Origin: Nitrospirales bacterium
Lineage (GTDB): Bacteria; Nitrospirota; Nitrospiria; Nitrospirales; UBA8639
DNA: 64,000 bases
Assembly (NCBI GenBank): GCA_965223295.1
Contig: CBDCWC010000003.1
Coordinates: 832,001 to 896,000, forward strand
Reading direction: 5' to 3'
The first letter of the stretch is position 1; the number at the start of each line of letters is the position of its first letter. The translations under genes were made by a program, and so were the position numbers. This document shows, in pieces, positions 7,908-17,581 of the stretch. Under the pieces are notes generated by a model that did no database searches, had not been told where the DNA came from, and worked only from the letters and a program-made list of their open reading frames with translations.

Positions 7908-9845
7908 TCATTTCATACATTTCTCGCCTGCTGTTGAGTACAGTCGATAGACCGGAAGGTTAGTAGTTTTACCTCTCAACAGGATCGGGCCCATTTCTGT
8001 GAGTTGCCATGGATGCGATCCAAGGCATTGCTTTGTGGTTTCACCGATGAGAATACGACATACCTTGTTGGAATCTTCCGTTTTCCAGGCATCTTTGTCC
8101 AGATTTTCTAAACGAGCAGCAACATTCACCGAATCGCCTATGGTGGTAAATTTCAGGCGTTCTTCACTCCCTAAGCTCCCCACCATGACTGGTCCGGTAC
8201 TAATTCCCACTCGCATCCTTATCAACCCTAAACCCTGTTGTTGCCAGATCTGATTGAGCCGAATCATTTCTTGTTCCATTGCCAAACTACATTGCACCGC
8301 CTGTCTGGCATGATAGTTAATCTGTTCATCTGTTTGGTCCTTGGACAACACTCCGAAACCGGCTTTAATCATATCCCCATAATAGTCATCAATTAAACCC
8401 CCATGGGCGACAATAATCTTCACCATCATATCCAGGTATATATTAAGCCATTCCCATAACTCATGAGAAGGCATCTGTTCCGCCACAGTGGTAAATCCCT
8501 CCAAGTCTGTAAACATCGTTGATACTACCAGTGTGTGTGGGCGCCATCGTCCCTCTTCCAAAAATTGTGCACGTTGTTTCCAAACAGCGGCAGCCACCTG
8601 AGGGGAAACATGCCGTGAAAATAATACCATGAGCGCTCGACGATCTTTTTGCTCTCGATTGGAAATCAAGGCTGTAATAACCATGCCATTCACGACCCAT
8701 CCTAAAGCAGGCGGGACCCACGGAATCCACCAGTGATAGCTCATCGCTACTGCCACGATACTCCCCAGCACCAGTAATCCCAACAGAACTGCTACCGAAA
8801 ACCGCCAGGCACCCCGCACCCAGACCCCGACAATGACACCCCCCAACACCCACAGACCAATCCATCCAGCTTCCTGCCATTCGGTGAGCGTGGCAATAGA
8901 GACCACGCCTGTCCGCACATCACGAATGAGTTGCCACACAATATGGCCATGCAGTTCAGCACCAGAAATGTGTGGGCAACGCATAAGTCGGTCGCATTGT
9001 GAGGTGTAGAAGTAATCTTTGACGCCTTCAGATACGACTCCTAGAATGATAATGTGATCGTGGATGAATTCTGGTTGTACCTTTCCTTCTAACACGGTTT
9101 GCAATGAAAAAGTGGGGAACGTATGGGCTCCGCGATCCAAGTTCAATAAGAACTGATAGCCTCGGGCATCGGCTTGCGCATAACTCCCATCTTGCGATTC
9201 GAAGGGCTGAAAGACTGCCTGCCCCAGCTTCAGCCAAAGAGGGTTGTGTTCGGCAGGTTTTGGCATCACGCCATCATGTTCAAGGTATTTCAACGCAAGC
9301 AGAAAGGACAACGAGCGAGAGGAAGTTGTTCCGTCATCTAAAAATAGTAACCCACGCCTGACAATGCCATCTGGATCCACGACCATATCACTAAAACCCA
9401 GCCGCTCCGTGTCGTGCAAGATAGCCGGCCCAGGAATCCCACCTTGCTCCGGCTTACCAAATTTCTTGACTATCAGAATTTCAGGATACTGCGAGAGAAC
9501 CTGATTCAACACAGACCGACCCGGTGGAACTTCTAAATCGCGATAGATGTCGACACCGATTACTCGCGGGCCATGCTCATGAATTTGAGTGAGTGCCTTG
9601 GCAAGAATTTCATCCGAGATAGGCCAATGGCCTATTCGACGAATATCTTGATCCGTTATTGTCACCAGCGTAATGGGTGGCTTTTCGCGAATTTGGTGAG
9701 GACGAAGTCGCAAAGACCAGTCGTAGGCTTGAAGTTCCAAACTTTCCAGAAGACCTTGGCCTCGCAGACCCATGAGGCCCAGAAAGACTAGAACAGAAAT
9801 AAGGCCTATCTGAAATGCTTGAGAACGAAAAAAAGGATGGTCCAC
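7908..9845 (-). CDS. CHASE2-domain class III adenylate/guanylate cyclase
   Basis: CHASE2 motifs (WPISDE, GVDIYRD, VVDPDGIVRR, GAELHG), three TM helices, cyclase motifs FTDLEGFT, GD, GDSVNVAARLE. Confidence 0.92.
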   Translation of the reverse strand: MDHPFFRSQAFQIGLISVLVFLGLMGLRGQGLLESLELQAYDWSLRLRPHQIREKPPITLVTITDQDIRRIGHWPISDEILAKALTQIHEHGPRVIGVDIYRDLEVPPGRSVLNQVLSQYPEILIVKKFGKPEQGGIPGPAILHDTERLGFSDMVVDPDGIVRRGLLFLDDGTTSSRSLSFLLALKYLEHDGVMPKPAEHNPLWLKLGQAVFQPFESQDGSYAQADARGYQFLLNLDRGAHTFPTFSLQTVLEGKVQPEFIHDHIIILGVVSEGVKDYFYTSQCDRLMRCPHISGAELHGHIVWQLIRDVRTGVVSIATLTEWQEAGWIGLWVLGGVIVGVWVRGAWRFSVAVLLGLLVLGSIVAVAMSYHWWIPWVPPALGWVVNGMVITALISNREQKDRRALMVLFSRHVSPQVAAAVWKQRAQFLEEGRWRPHTLVVSTMFTDLEGFTTVAEQMPSHELWEWLNIYLDMMVKIIVAHGGLIDDYYGDMIKAGFGVLSKDQTDEQINYHARQAVQCSLAMEQEMIRLNQIWQQQGLGLIRMRVGISTGPVMVGSLGSEERLKFTTIGDSVNVAARLENLDKDAWKTEDSNKVCRILIGETTKQCLGSHPWQLTEMGPILLRGKTTNLPVYRLYSTAGEKCMK

Positions 9846-9988
9846 AGGTATCCCCTTAACACTTCCACTGAAAGAGAAGAGGAAGAAACGGGGATAAATC
9901 TTTTGTTATCTTACGATCAACAGTGAGACGGTTTTTCAATTTTGAGACAAGAAGAGGGAACAACCTGTTCAAACCTCAAGACAGAATT

Positions 9989-11269
9989 TCAGGAAGAGAC
10001 CTTTTCCAATGGCAGATCAGCTGACCCCTCCATTGGCAAATGGATATGAAAAATAGCTCCAACATTCAGTTCACTTTCGACCGCAATGACCCCCGAATGG
10101 GCTTCGATCACATCCTTCACAATTTTCGTTCCTAACCCCGTTCCACCCCGCTTTCGACTTCTCACCCTTGAGGTAAATATCGTGTCTCGAATTTCAGCTG
10201 GCATTCCACGTCCGGTATCGCTGACGGACACATGAACCGTCTTTCCTGAGGATTCTATTTCCCCGTTAATCGTAATTGAGCCGCCTGGCGAAACTTCGGC
10301 AATCGCGTTATTGACCAAATTATAAAATGCATTGAACAACCGCGATTCATCAGCATAGATCTCTGGTAATTCCGAAATTCCCTCATGCAGAAGGGTGATA
10401 TCCTTGCCCTGAGCGACCAGCATCAACGTATCAAAAACCGAAGCCACAACATGCTGAAGCTTACAAGGAGCAAACTGTGGTGGACTCGTCAATCCCTTTA
10501 CGCAATCTGCGATTTCTTTGACTCGCTCTTGAATCCGTTTGGTGTTGTTCGCCACCATCCCAATGACCTCTAGGCATGTCTGATGAGTAGCCTGGCCTTT
10601 GTTCGGATCAAACGTTGGAAGATCGGCAAAGACTTCATTGAGCTCATCTTTCAGAAGCGACGTCCCACATAACACCGGCATCAGCATATTTTTCACATCA
10701 TGGCCAATGTTTCCGAGTATTCGTGCAACCTCTGCTAACTTCGCTTCCTGAAATAACCTTGCCTGTTCAATGGAAAGCGCAGTGAAGGCGCCTATGATGG
10801 TGAGAATGGCAACATCGTCATGATTTAACTGGCCATCCCGTTTGTTCATCACCTCCAAGACGCCAATTGAATGTCCCTCCCAACGTTTGAGGGGAACGGC
10901 TATCATGTCCTGAGTATGAAATCCCGTGAGGTGATCGATTTCGGGGAAATGGCGACGATCTGCTTTAGCATCCTTGCTGACAATTGGCATTTCTGTAGCA
11001 AAGACCGTCCCAGCAATGCCATGAGTCCAAGGAAATGCTGTGCCGATTTTAGGTGTTCGATCTCCAATGACATGCGAAAATACTAATTCTTTGGTTTCTG
11101 AATTGGCCAACAACACACACCCGGCTTGGCAATTGAGGACATCTAAAGCAATCTTTAACCCTTGTTCGACCAAATCTTCGACACTCAGGTGTTGAAAAAG
11201 TGCTTCACTAATTTTGCGAGCCGCTTCAAGCTCCCGTTCTTTGCGACTCAATTGGGTGGAAGGATTCAT
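9989..11269 (-). CDS. GAF-sensor histidine kinase (cytoplasmic)
   Basis: GAF domain, H-box IGHDVKNML, N-box NLVNNA, DTGRG and GGTGLG. Confidence 0.9.
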   Translation of the reverse strand: MNPSTQLSRKERELEAARKISEALFQHLSVEDLVEQGLKIALDVLNCQAGCVLLANSETKELVFSHVIGDRTPKIGTAFPWTHGIAGTVFATEMPIVSKDAKADRRHFPEIDHLTGFHTQDMIAVPLKRWEGHSIGVLEVMNKRDGQLNHDDVAILTIIGAFTALSIEQARLFQEAKLAEVARILGNIGHDVKNMLMPVLCGTSLLKDELNEVFADLPTFDPNKGQATHQTCLEVIGMVANNTKRIQERVKEIADCVKGLTSPPQFAPCKLQHVVASVFDTLMLVAQGKDITLLHEGISELPEIYADESRLFNAFYNLVNNAIAEVSPGGSITINGEIESSGKTVHVSVSDTGRGMPAEIRDTIFTSRVRSRKRGGTGLGTKIVKDVIEAHSGVIAVESELNVGAIFHIHLPMEGSADLPLEKVSS

Positions 11270-11417
11270 GTCTCACTCACATATTAGAATCAATCTCCAT
11301 CATGCTTGTATCGTTGGTAAGCCCCTTATGATGATGGAGACTAAAAATGTTAGCAAATAGTTACAATAAAATCCTCCAACAACTTTTATTTGATCATACG
11401 ACAGACAAAAAATAATT

Positions 11418-12212
11418 TCATGAAAATTCTATGTCTTGGCCTTCCTCCAAAACGGTCACTCTTTCAATTTCAAGGGCAGCAATTTCTTCTATAATTTGGG
11501 CTCGTACCGTAGGTTTCATGTGGTAGACAAAAACCGGCAGATCGGGTTTTCCAATTTTTCTGTATTCCTGGGCAAGCAGTTTTGGGGTAAGATGCTTACT
11601 TTGAATGGCAATATCCATCATGGCATCCGGAAAAGAAACTTCAATGAAAATGCCCTGAAGATTAGACGTATGGGCTGCGACCTGCCAGATTTCTTCTGTA
11701 AGATGGGTATCCCCACTATAAATCCAAGCAGCGGTGTCATCACGAATGACATAGCCAACAGTTTCTACGGTGTGATTGACCTGCACCGGAGTCACACGGA
11801 TACCACCTGGCACCGAGATCTCTTTTTGGGCTTCCAACTCTCGAGCATGCAAAATGGCATGACGCGAACCTTGACGATGGAAAAATTTTGGAAAGACCAA
11901 ATCATTAAAAACATGCTTTCGCAACCCGTGAATCACTGAGGGCAAACCTGCTACAACTACTTGATGATCTACCAAGTCCGAAAGATTATCCGCCAACTGT
12001 GGGATTCCCTTAATATGATCGTGGTGAAGGTGGGAAAGGAGAATATGTTTTACCCGTCGCTGTTCCTCGAAGGTAAGACAAGAGGCTAGGGTTCCAGCAT
12101 CCACCATGACCTCTCCATTGACAAGAAATCCCACACTCCGGCAAAGCATTGAGCCAGTCGGTCCCTTCACGCACAAGTCAGACCCATGCGATCCAAGGAC
12201 TCTGATTTTCAC
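11418..12212 (-). CDS. 3',5'-cyclic nucleotide phosphodiesterase class II (metallo-beta-lactamase fold)
   Basis: VDAGT, SHLHHDH, VNHTV, YSGDT, EVSFP, HLTP, YHMKP motifs. Confidence 0.85.
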   Translation of the reverse strand: MKIRVLGSHGSDLCVKGPTGSMLCRSVGFLVNGEVMVDAGTLASCLTFEEQRRVKHILLSHLHHDHIKGIPQLADNLSDLVDHQVVVAGLPSVIHGLRKHVFNDLVFPKFFHRQGSRHAILHARELEAQKEISVPGGIRVTPVQVNHTVETVGYVIRDDTAAWIYSGDTHLTEEIWQVAAHTSNLQGIFIEVSFPDAMMDIAIQSKHLTPKLLAQEYRKIGKPDLPVFVYHMKPTVRAQIIEEIAALEIERVTVLEEGQDIEFS

Positions 12213-12530
12213 GAACTTTGGCTTTCAAGTAATAATATTTGTTTACTCTTAATCATGGAACTTCGCCTTATACTTCTAAAGGTTCGCTACCAAACTTGAC
12301 TGGCCATCAAACAAGACAACAGCAACTCTAAATTGTTGAGTAGGATACATAGAGCAACATTCTCATAAAAACGCCCATGTCTCGGAATTGATAAGCTCAT
12401 TGCTTCTTCGGGGTTATACAAAAATATTGTTTCAACACCACTTGATGAATCTTTCAAAAAACATCATGCAAAAAAAACTGAATAAATACAACTTAGACCA
12501 TCCCTCAGGTTTTCTCTCAACATCAATCTA

Positions 12531-12721
12531 GGGTCTGTTGAAAAAAGCCGCCAGCGGCGTTCTCGCCATTTTCCCGTGCTCACATACTGCCAGTATGCTC
12601 CGCGCGAAAAAATGGCTGTGGCTTTGCTGGACGGACTGTTTTGAACCGACTCGACGCTGCTGATCACCAAGAGCTTCCTGGCGAAATATGGCCATTGATA
12701 TCATCATTATTCAACAGTCCC
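12531..12721 (+). mobile_element. ~190-bp MITE-like repeat, copy 1
   Basis: Ends GGGTCTGTTGAA...TTCAACAGTCCC; body similar to the copies at 33678, 46350 and 55358. Confidence 0.8.
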
Positions 12722-12747
12722 ATCTACTGTACATTTCGCTGAAAATA

Positions 12748-12782
12748 ATAAAAAAGCCTCCTGTCTCATGAGACAGGAGGCT
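12748..12782 (-). terminator. Intrinsic terminator after tRNA-Asn
   Basis: Perfect palindrome AGCCTCCTGTCTCATGAGACAGGAGGCT followed by a U-tract on the minus strand. Confidence 0.85.
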
Positions 12783-12794
12783 CTTAAGAGATAT

Positions 12795-12870
12795 TGGCTC
12801 CCCGGGCAGGACTCGAACCTGCGACCATTCGGTTAACAGCCGAACGCTCTACCAACTGAGCTACCGAGGA
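12795..12870 (-). tRNA. tRNA-Asn (GTT)
   Basis: TCCTCGGTAGCTCAGTTGGTAGAGCG...CTGTTAA...GGTTCGAGTCC...GAGCCA, 76 nt with encoded CCA. Confidence 0.97.
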
Positions 12871-12910
12871 ACAAAGTGTTTATATAAATAAATGGTTCGT
12901 GTTTTTGATG

Positions 12911-12939
12911 ATTCTAGCCCGACTGTCGATTTTCTTCAA
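12911..12939 (-). promoter_or_regulatory. Sigma70-type promoter of tRNA-Asn
   Basis: TTGAAG-17 bp-TAGAAT on the minus strand. Confidence 0.6.
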
Positions 12940-12974
12940 GAACAAAGAAAAGGTTTTTGATTCTTTTTTAGGTA

Positions 12975-13238
12975 CTAAAATTGAAAATCGGCCGAATCTT
13001 CTTCCCCTTCATCTGCTTCTGAGGCCCCTCCTTCTGAGAGGTTCACGTAATGCCGCGCCCATGATAAGTAGATATTGGCACTGTCTTTCATGGCATCAGC
13101 GCCGTTTAGAAGCTTACTGACAACCTCAGGATCTCCACCGCCCATTTCCATTTCTCGAGCCTTAACCTCAAGCGAAGCATGGAAATTCGTCATGTGATCA
13201 GTGAGAGTATCCATTTGCTTACGGAGATCATCATTCAT
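12975..13238 (-). CDS. Small acidic helical hypothetical protein
   Basis: ORF MNDDLRKQ... preceded by an AGGGG RBS; protein-like composition. Confidence 0.7.
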   Translation of the reverse strand: MNDDLRKQMDTLTDHMTNFHASLEVKAREMEMGGGDPEVVSKLLNGADAMKDSANIYLSWARHYVNLSEGGASEADEGEEDSADFQF

Positions 13239-13306
13239 GAGTGCGCCCCTTTGATAAAAAGTATGCAAGGTCCATTATTTGAGATAAGCACGACATGCGC
13301 AACAAT

Positions 13307-13357
13307 AAAAAAAGCCCTGCGATCTACCTCTATTAAGAGACATATCGCAGGGCTTTT
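13307..13357. terminator. Intrinsic terminator after the for operon
   Basis: AAAAGCCCTGCGAT...ATCGCAGGGCTTTT with A/T tracts on both sides. Confidence 0.75.
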
Positions 13358-13370
13358 CAAACAAAACCGT

Positions 13371-13649
13371 TTATCCTTGATAGGCTTGCCCTAGCTCCGC
13401 AGATTCTCCAGCCTGATCCAATAACGTCCCATCAGAATTCACGGCAACCATATCAATAGCCTGATGTTTGGCCGCATCACAGACCACCTTACACAATTCA
13501 CATCCCTTGCACCGATCAATGGCGACTTCCGCCACCATCTTGTCTGAATTCAGATCCAGACAGTTCGCTTCCGGACAATACATGATGCAGAGTCGGCAGC
13601 CTTTTTTCGCAACACATTTGTCATCCGTCACTTGAGCAACATTATACAT
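13371..13649 (-). CDS. forE: 2-oxoacid:ferredoxin oxidoreductase epsilon (ferredoxin-like) subunit
   Basis: CxxxxxCxxCxxxCP and CxxCxxCxxxC Fe-S motifs; last gene of the D-A-B-G-E operon. Confidence 0.8.
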   Translation of the reverse strand: MYNVAQVTDDKCVAKKGCRLCIMYCPEANCLDLNSDKMVAEVAIDRCKGCELCKVVCDAAKHQAIDMVAVNSDGTLLDQAGESAELGQAYQG

Positions 13650-13694
13650 CTATCTTTGTTCCTTTATCTTTGGTCCTTCGCTGAAAACCACTGT

Positions 13695-14399
13695 TTACGC
13701 CGCAGCGGTTTCTCCAACCATCACTTCGACGTTGTTTTTCTCCGCCCATTCAGCTCCCATTTCATAGGCTCGTTTCACAGTCTCCAAATTCTTTTTTAAT
13801 AACATTTCTTTCTTAGCAAATTTTTTCTTAATGGCTTCATCTAACGTTGCGGTTCCACCAGAAGCCACAAATTTTTTCCCAAATCGTTCTTGCAAGGCTA
13901 AATCTAAGCCATTCATTGAGACACACTTGGTAATCCCAGACACCGAACCAATCATGGTCATGTTGGTTGCCAACTCAGTTCCTGCGATGTCCATAGCAAT
14001 GTTTGTCCCAGGAATATTAAAGACCGACACATTCATATCTTTGAGGTGCTTCACATCTTCATCCGCCAACAGAGGCATGTCGGTATTGATAATCACCAAA
14101 CCACCCTCTTTGATACCTGAGTAAAAAGGCATGGTATAGCTCTTCCCCATCGTGATCACTTGAGGATGGAACACTTGAATGACATCGGGAAATACCAGTT
14201 CCCCACGATCGTAGATTTTTCTCAATCCGATTCGGCAATAGCTTTCGGCCGGTGCCATGCGCTTTTCAGCACCAAAGAATGGATTGGAAATAGCAAATTT
14301 ACCATCTTTTGAAGCCGCCATAGCCATGACATGGGCGGCAGTCACCGCACCCTGTCCGCCAAGACCAGACATTCGTATGTTGATTCGACGTAATATCAT
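13695..14399 (-). CDS. forG: 2-oxoacid:ferredoxin oxidoreductase gamma subunit
   Basis: SGLGGQGAVT and PFFGAEKRMAP motifs. Confidence 0.88.
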   Translation of the reverse strand: MILRRINIRMSGLGGQGAVTAAHVMAMAASKDGKFAISNPFFGAEKRMAPAESYCRIGLRKIYDRGELVFPDVIQVFHPQVITMGKSYTMPFYSGIKEGGLVIINTDMPLLADEDVKHLKDMNVSVFNIPGTNIAMDIAGTELATNMTMIGSVSGITKCVSMNGLDLALQERFGKKFVASGGTATLDEAIKKKFAKKEMLLKKNLETVKRAYEMGAEWAEKNNVEVMVGETAAA

Positions 14400-14428
14400 A
14401 ATATTGTTCCTCTCACATATCCGGTTGC

Positions 14429-15337
14429 TTAAGCGTTTTGCGCAGCCAATTGCCTTTTCGCCTCGGCTTTTCGTTCTTTTTCTTTGGCCGCTAATTCTGC
14501 TAACAACTCTTTTGCTGGCTCACTGACAAATTCTTTGTACGCAAACCGTTCAGAAGGCTTTTCAGAGTCCCGCATTTCCTGCAACCCTTCCATACTATTC
14601 TTCCCAATTTCCAAAATACAGGGAGTGTAGAGTTGAAGGTAAGTTGGGCCAATTTCCCGCGCGACATGAATTGCATTCTTAATGACTTTTTCCACAAGGT
14701 TTGGCTTACTCACAGTACAATTCACGACATAGTGACATCCCGATTCACGTGCAATTTCTGGAAGTCGAACTTTTTCAAATGACTTCCCAACAGGAGCCAT
14801 TTTTGCGACAAATCCTTTTTGCATGAGCCCACTTTCCTGCCCCCCAGTATTGGCATACAACTCATTGTCAAAACAAATCGTCGTAAACTTCTCTTGCCTG
14901 AACCAAGCTTGAAGTGTCATGTCCAATCCGATATCCACCGTGGCCCCATCTCCAGCCAACACCACCACATCCTTCGTCCGGTCAGGAAAACGCACACTCA
15001 ACGCTCGCTTCAACCCCGAGGCAATGGCATTCTGGTTGCCAAACAAGGAATGAATGTTATGAACGGCTACATGGGGAAACACTAAACTGGTACAGCCTGT
15101 AGAACCAACCATGACTGTATCTTCAGGGTTAGGGAGCGACGCTAAAATATAACGAAATGCCATGGATTCAGGACAGCCTGCACACAATGAATGCTCTTCA
15201 ATGAGCTCCTTGGCATTTCCGATGTCTTTCCACCCCCGTGTTTCATTACCAAACGTGGCTCGTTTGACAAGATCTTGATATTCGACAGGCATAATATCAA
15301 ACATTTCTTCGGCTATTTTTATGCGTTCTTTGCTCAT
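14429..15337 (-). CDS. forB: 2-oxoacid:ferredoxin oxidoreductase beta subunit (TPP-binding)
   Basis: CAGC, GDG...DNELYANTGGQ TPP motif. Confidence 0.9.
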   Translation of the reverse strand: MSKERIKIAEEMFDIMPVEYQDLVKRATFGNETRGWKDIGNAKELIEEHSLCAGCPESMAFRYILASLPNPEDTVMVGSTGCTSLVFPHVAVHNIHSLFGNQNAIASGLKRALSVRFPDRTKDVVVLAGDGATVDIGLDMTLQAWFRQEKFTTICFDNELYANTGGQESGLMQKGFVAKMAPVGKSFEKVRLPEIARESGCHYVVNCTVSKPNLVEKVIKNAIHVAREIGPTYLQLYTPCILEIGKNSMEGLQEMRDSEKPSERFAYKEFVSEPAKELLAELAAKEKERKAEAKRQLAAQNA

Positions 15338-15389
15338 AATCGATCTCCTTACGAAGAGGTTAGGCAGACAGGCTCAATGCAACACCCTC

Positions 15390-16601
15390 TCAGCTCCCAC
15401 GAGCCGACAACGTTTCCACTTTCATTCCCATTAACGTCTTGATTTCACTAGCAATAATTTCAGGCGGCATCGTCATCCCGCCGCATACATGTGGGCCGGC
15501 ATGCACCCGTTCATTATGTGGGATGGTGGCACAGACTTCTCGGGCCAACCAGCCCGTGACATTGAATTCTGGAACAATAATATGTTTCGCATGTTTCGTG
15601 GCTTCCCGGATTTCTTCCCCAGGCCATGGCCGTAAGGTCTTGACCTTCACAAGCCCAACCGTAATGCCTTCGTCTTCTAACATCGCAATGGCTTCACGGC
15701 TCTGTGATACGGCCGTTCCCGAGGCAACGACGAGAACATCCGCATCGATATTTTCTGTGTCAATCAACCCATCCATCCAACGAATGGTATGCTTTCGTGA
15801 CCGTTCAACCGCAGCCCACACCTCTTGCTGCCAGCTTGCATGAGTCGCATAACTAATATAGTTGCTTTTCATGACAAACGGGTCTCTCATCATCCGTACA
15901 GGAGGGCATTCCATATCCATACATGGAACCGGAGACCGATAGGGATCATACGGTGGCAAACACATATCGGCGGGAGTCAAATCAACCATATCCTTGGTAT
16001 GCGTGACAAAAAACCCATCACAGCATAAGGCCAAGGGCAAATGAACGTCGGGCTCTTCTGAGACCATGTACCCTTTCAGGATCCAGTCATAGAAATCTTG
16101 GGCAGTTTCCGCATGCCATACCAGCATACCGGTTTGCATGAGATAGGAAATTTCCAAGGTATCTGGCTGAATCGAGAGCGGCGAATTAATGCCACGGCAG
16201 GTCACAATCATCTGAATAGGCAATCGAGCTCCAGCCCACATGGGAAAGTTTTCCATCGCCCGCATCGTCCCTGGGCCAGCTGTCGTCGTAAAGACTCTCG
16301 CCCCCCCAAAAGCTGCCCCCGCACATTGCGACATCACCGCGAATTCGCTCTCGCCTCGGAAATAATCGCCAATATATCCCTCGCCAAAAAGTTCCCCGAT
16401 TAAGGCTGCTGCTTCACTTTGCGGGGTAATGGGATAGGCAATCATGACATCACAAGAAGCTCGGCGAATAGCCTCTTTAATCACTTCACTGCCAGTAAAA
16501 AAGGAGGGTGTTCTCTCCGCCTCATACATCATCTTCCAAGGATCAGTGTAAACCTGTCCTTTTTTATTCTTTTGTCCTATGAACGAAGCTTGAGTGGCCA
16601 T
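15390..16601 (-). CDS. forA: 2-oxoacid:ferredoxin oxidoreductase alpha subunit
   Basis: AYPITPQSE, ESEF, TTTAGPG motifs. The for (rather than por) assignment rests on the D-A-B-G-E gene order. Confidence 0.9.
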   Translation of the reverse strand: MATQASFIGQKNKKGQVYTDPWKMMYEAERTPSFFTGSEVIKEAIRRASCDVMIAYPITPQSEAAALIGELFGEGYIGDYFRGESEFAVMSQCAGAAFGGARVFTTTAGPGTMRAMENFPMWAGARLPIQMIVTCRGINSPLSIQPDTLEISYLMQTGMLVWHAETAQDFYDWILKGYMVSEEPDVHLPLALCCDGFFVTHTKDMVDLTPADMCLPPYDPYRSPVPCMDMECPPVRMMRDPFVMKSNYISYATHASWQQEVWAAVERSRKHTIRWMDGLIDTENIDADVLVVASGTAVSQSREAIAMLEDEGITVGLVKVKTLRPWPGEEIREATKHAKHIIVPEFNVTGWLAREVCATIPHNERVHAGPHVCGGMTMPPEIIASEIKTLMGMKVETLSARGS

Positions 16602-16714
16602 GTCAAGACCTCCTTCTTTAATGCTTCAGGTGAATGATGCTCAAAAGTATTTTCTCATATTCTAATCTATCGCTCTTTCTTGCGATAGTAGGCGGAAGAA
16701 CCATTGCTTCCCGA

Positions 16715-17332
16715 TCAGGGAGCCGGCGGAGGCACTGTGCCCTTCAACTTTTTCACCCAATCAGCCAATCTCCCTATCTTTTCGGCCGTAGCGTCCCGAA
16801 ACGAGAGCATAGCATCCTCATGACCTGCCTGCGCACACATCGCCACCGTATAACAACTCGTTCCCCCTCGAATAATCTTGAGGGAAAGATTGGCTTGGTG
16901 ACAATGCACGCCTACAAACATGCAGGCATCGATTTTATTATGCCAAATGGTGAGATTGGGGTGATTTGGGTTGATTTCAATTTCAGGATTAATCTTGGGG
17001 TATTTCGGTCGGTAATCAGGCATCGGGATCAACATGGCCTGTTGGAGTTTAGGGTCTACACATTCCTTAATAGTTTCATAGAGATGACGAACGGCTTTCG
17101 CCTTTTTTGCAGCTTTTTCATTCCACGCCCATAGCACCAAGGGGCCTGGGAACACGGTTGGAACTTTAGCCGCAAGAAATTCCTTGGCTGCCTGCTCCAT
17201 GGCCTCTTCCTCAGAAACAATGGCCCCATGGATATGTGCTTGCCCGGGGTCCGGCAACCGAACGCCCATTGAAGATGCCGCCGGAGGCAAAAAATGCTCG
17301 GGGCCAGGCATCACCTTATAAGTAGTCGTCAT
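16715..17332 (-). CDS. forD: Five-subunit 2-oxoacid:ferredoxin oxidoreductase delta subunit
   Basis: PMPDYRPKYPKINPEIEINPNHPNLTIWHNKID motif; first gene of the operon. Confidence 0.82.
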   Translation of the reverse strand: MTTTYKVMPGPEHFLPPAASSMGVRLPDPGQAHIHGAIVSEEEAMEQAAKEFLAAKVPTVFPGPLVLWAWNEKAAKKAKAVRHLYETIKECVDPKLQQAMLIPMPDYRPKYPKINPEIEINPNHPNLTIWHNKIDACMFVGVHCHQANLSLKIIRGGTSCYTVAMCAQAGHEDAMLSFRDATAEKIGRLADWVKKLKGTVPPPAP

Positions 17333-17527
17333 TGTGCTACAAATCTCCATTCTTTATAAAATGACACAAAATACCCGTGATTACTTTTGGAGGGCATATG
17401 GTAAAGAGGTCTGGGGAATTTCTCAATACTGAAAAAGACCCAGCTACCAGTAATCTTAGACTTTTCGGCAAGGGATTGATGAGTCTTTGGCCCTACAGCC
17501 TCTGAATACGACGCAAAGAGCATAAAA

Positions 17528-17557
17528 AGTATATGAAGCCCTAGTAAACATTGTCAA
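17528..17557 (-). promoter_or_regulatory. Sigma70-type promoter of the for operon
   Basis: TTGACA-18 bp-TATACT on the minus strand. Confidence 0.65.
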
Positions 17558-17581
17558 TTTCATACACGAATCGCAAGGAGA

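Noticed and set aside
12464-12670. Short ORFs over the MITE copies (also 33725-33916 and 55365-55553)
   Set aside because: They are chance translations of the repeat, with no consistent frame or strand among copies.
12795-12870. tRNA-Asn as the attachment site for an island to its left
   Set aside because: No duplicated tRNA 3' end or adjacent integrase is seen in the window, and the native terminator follows directly.
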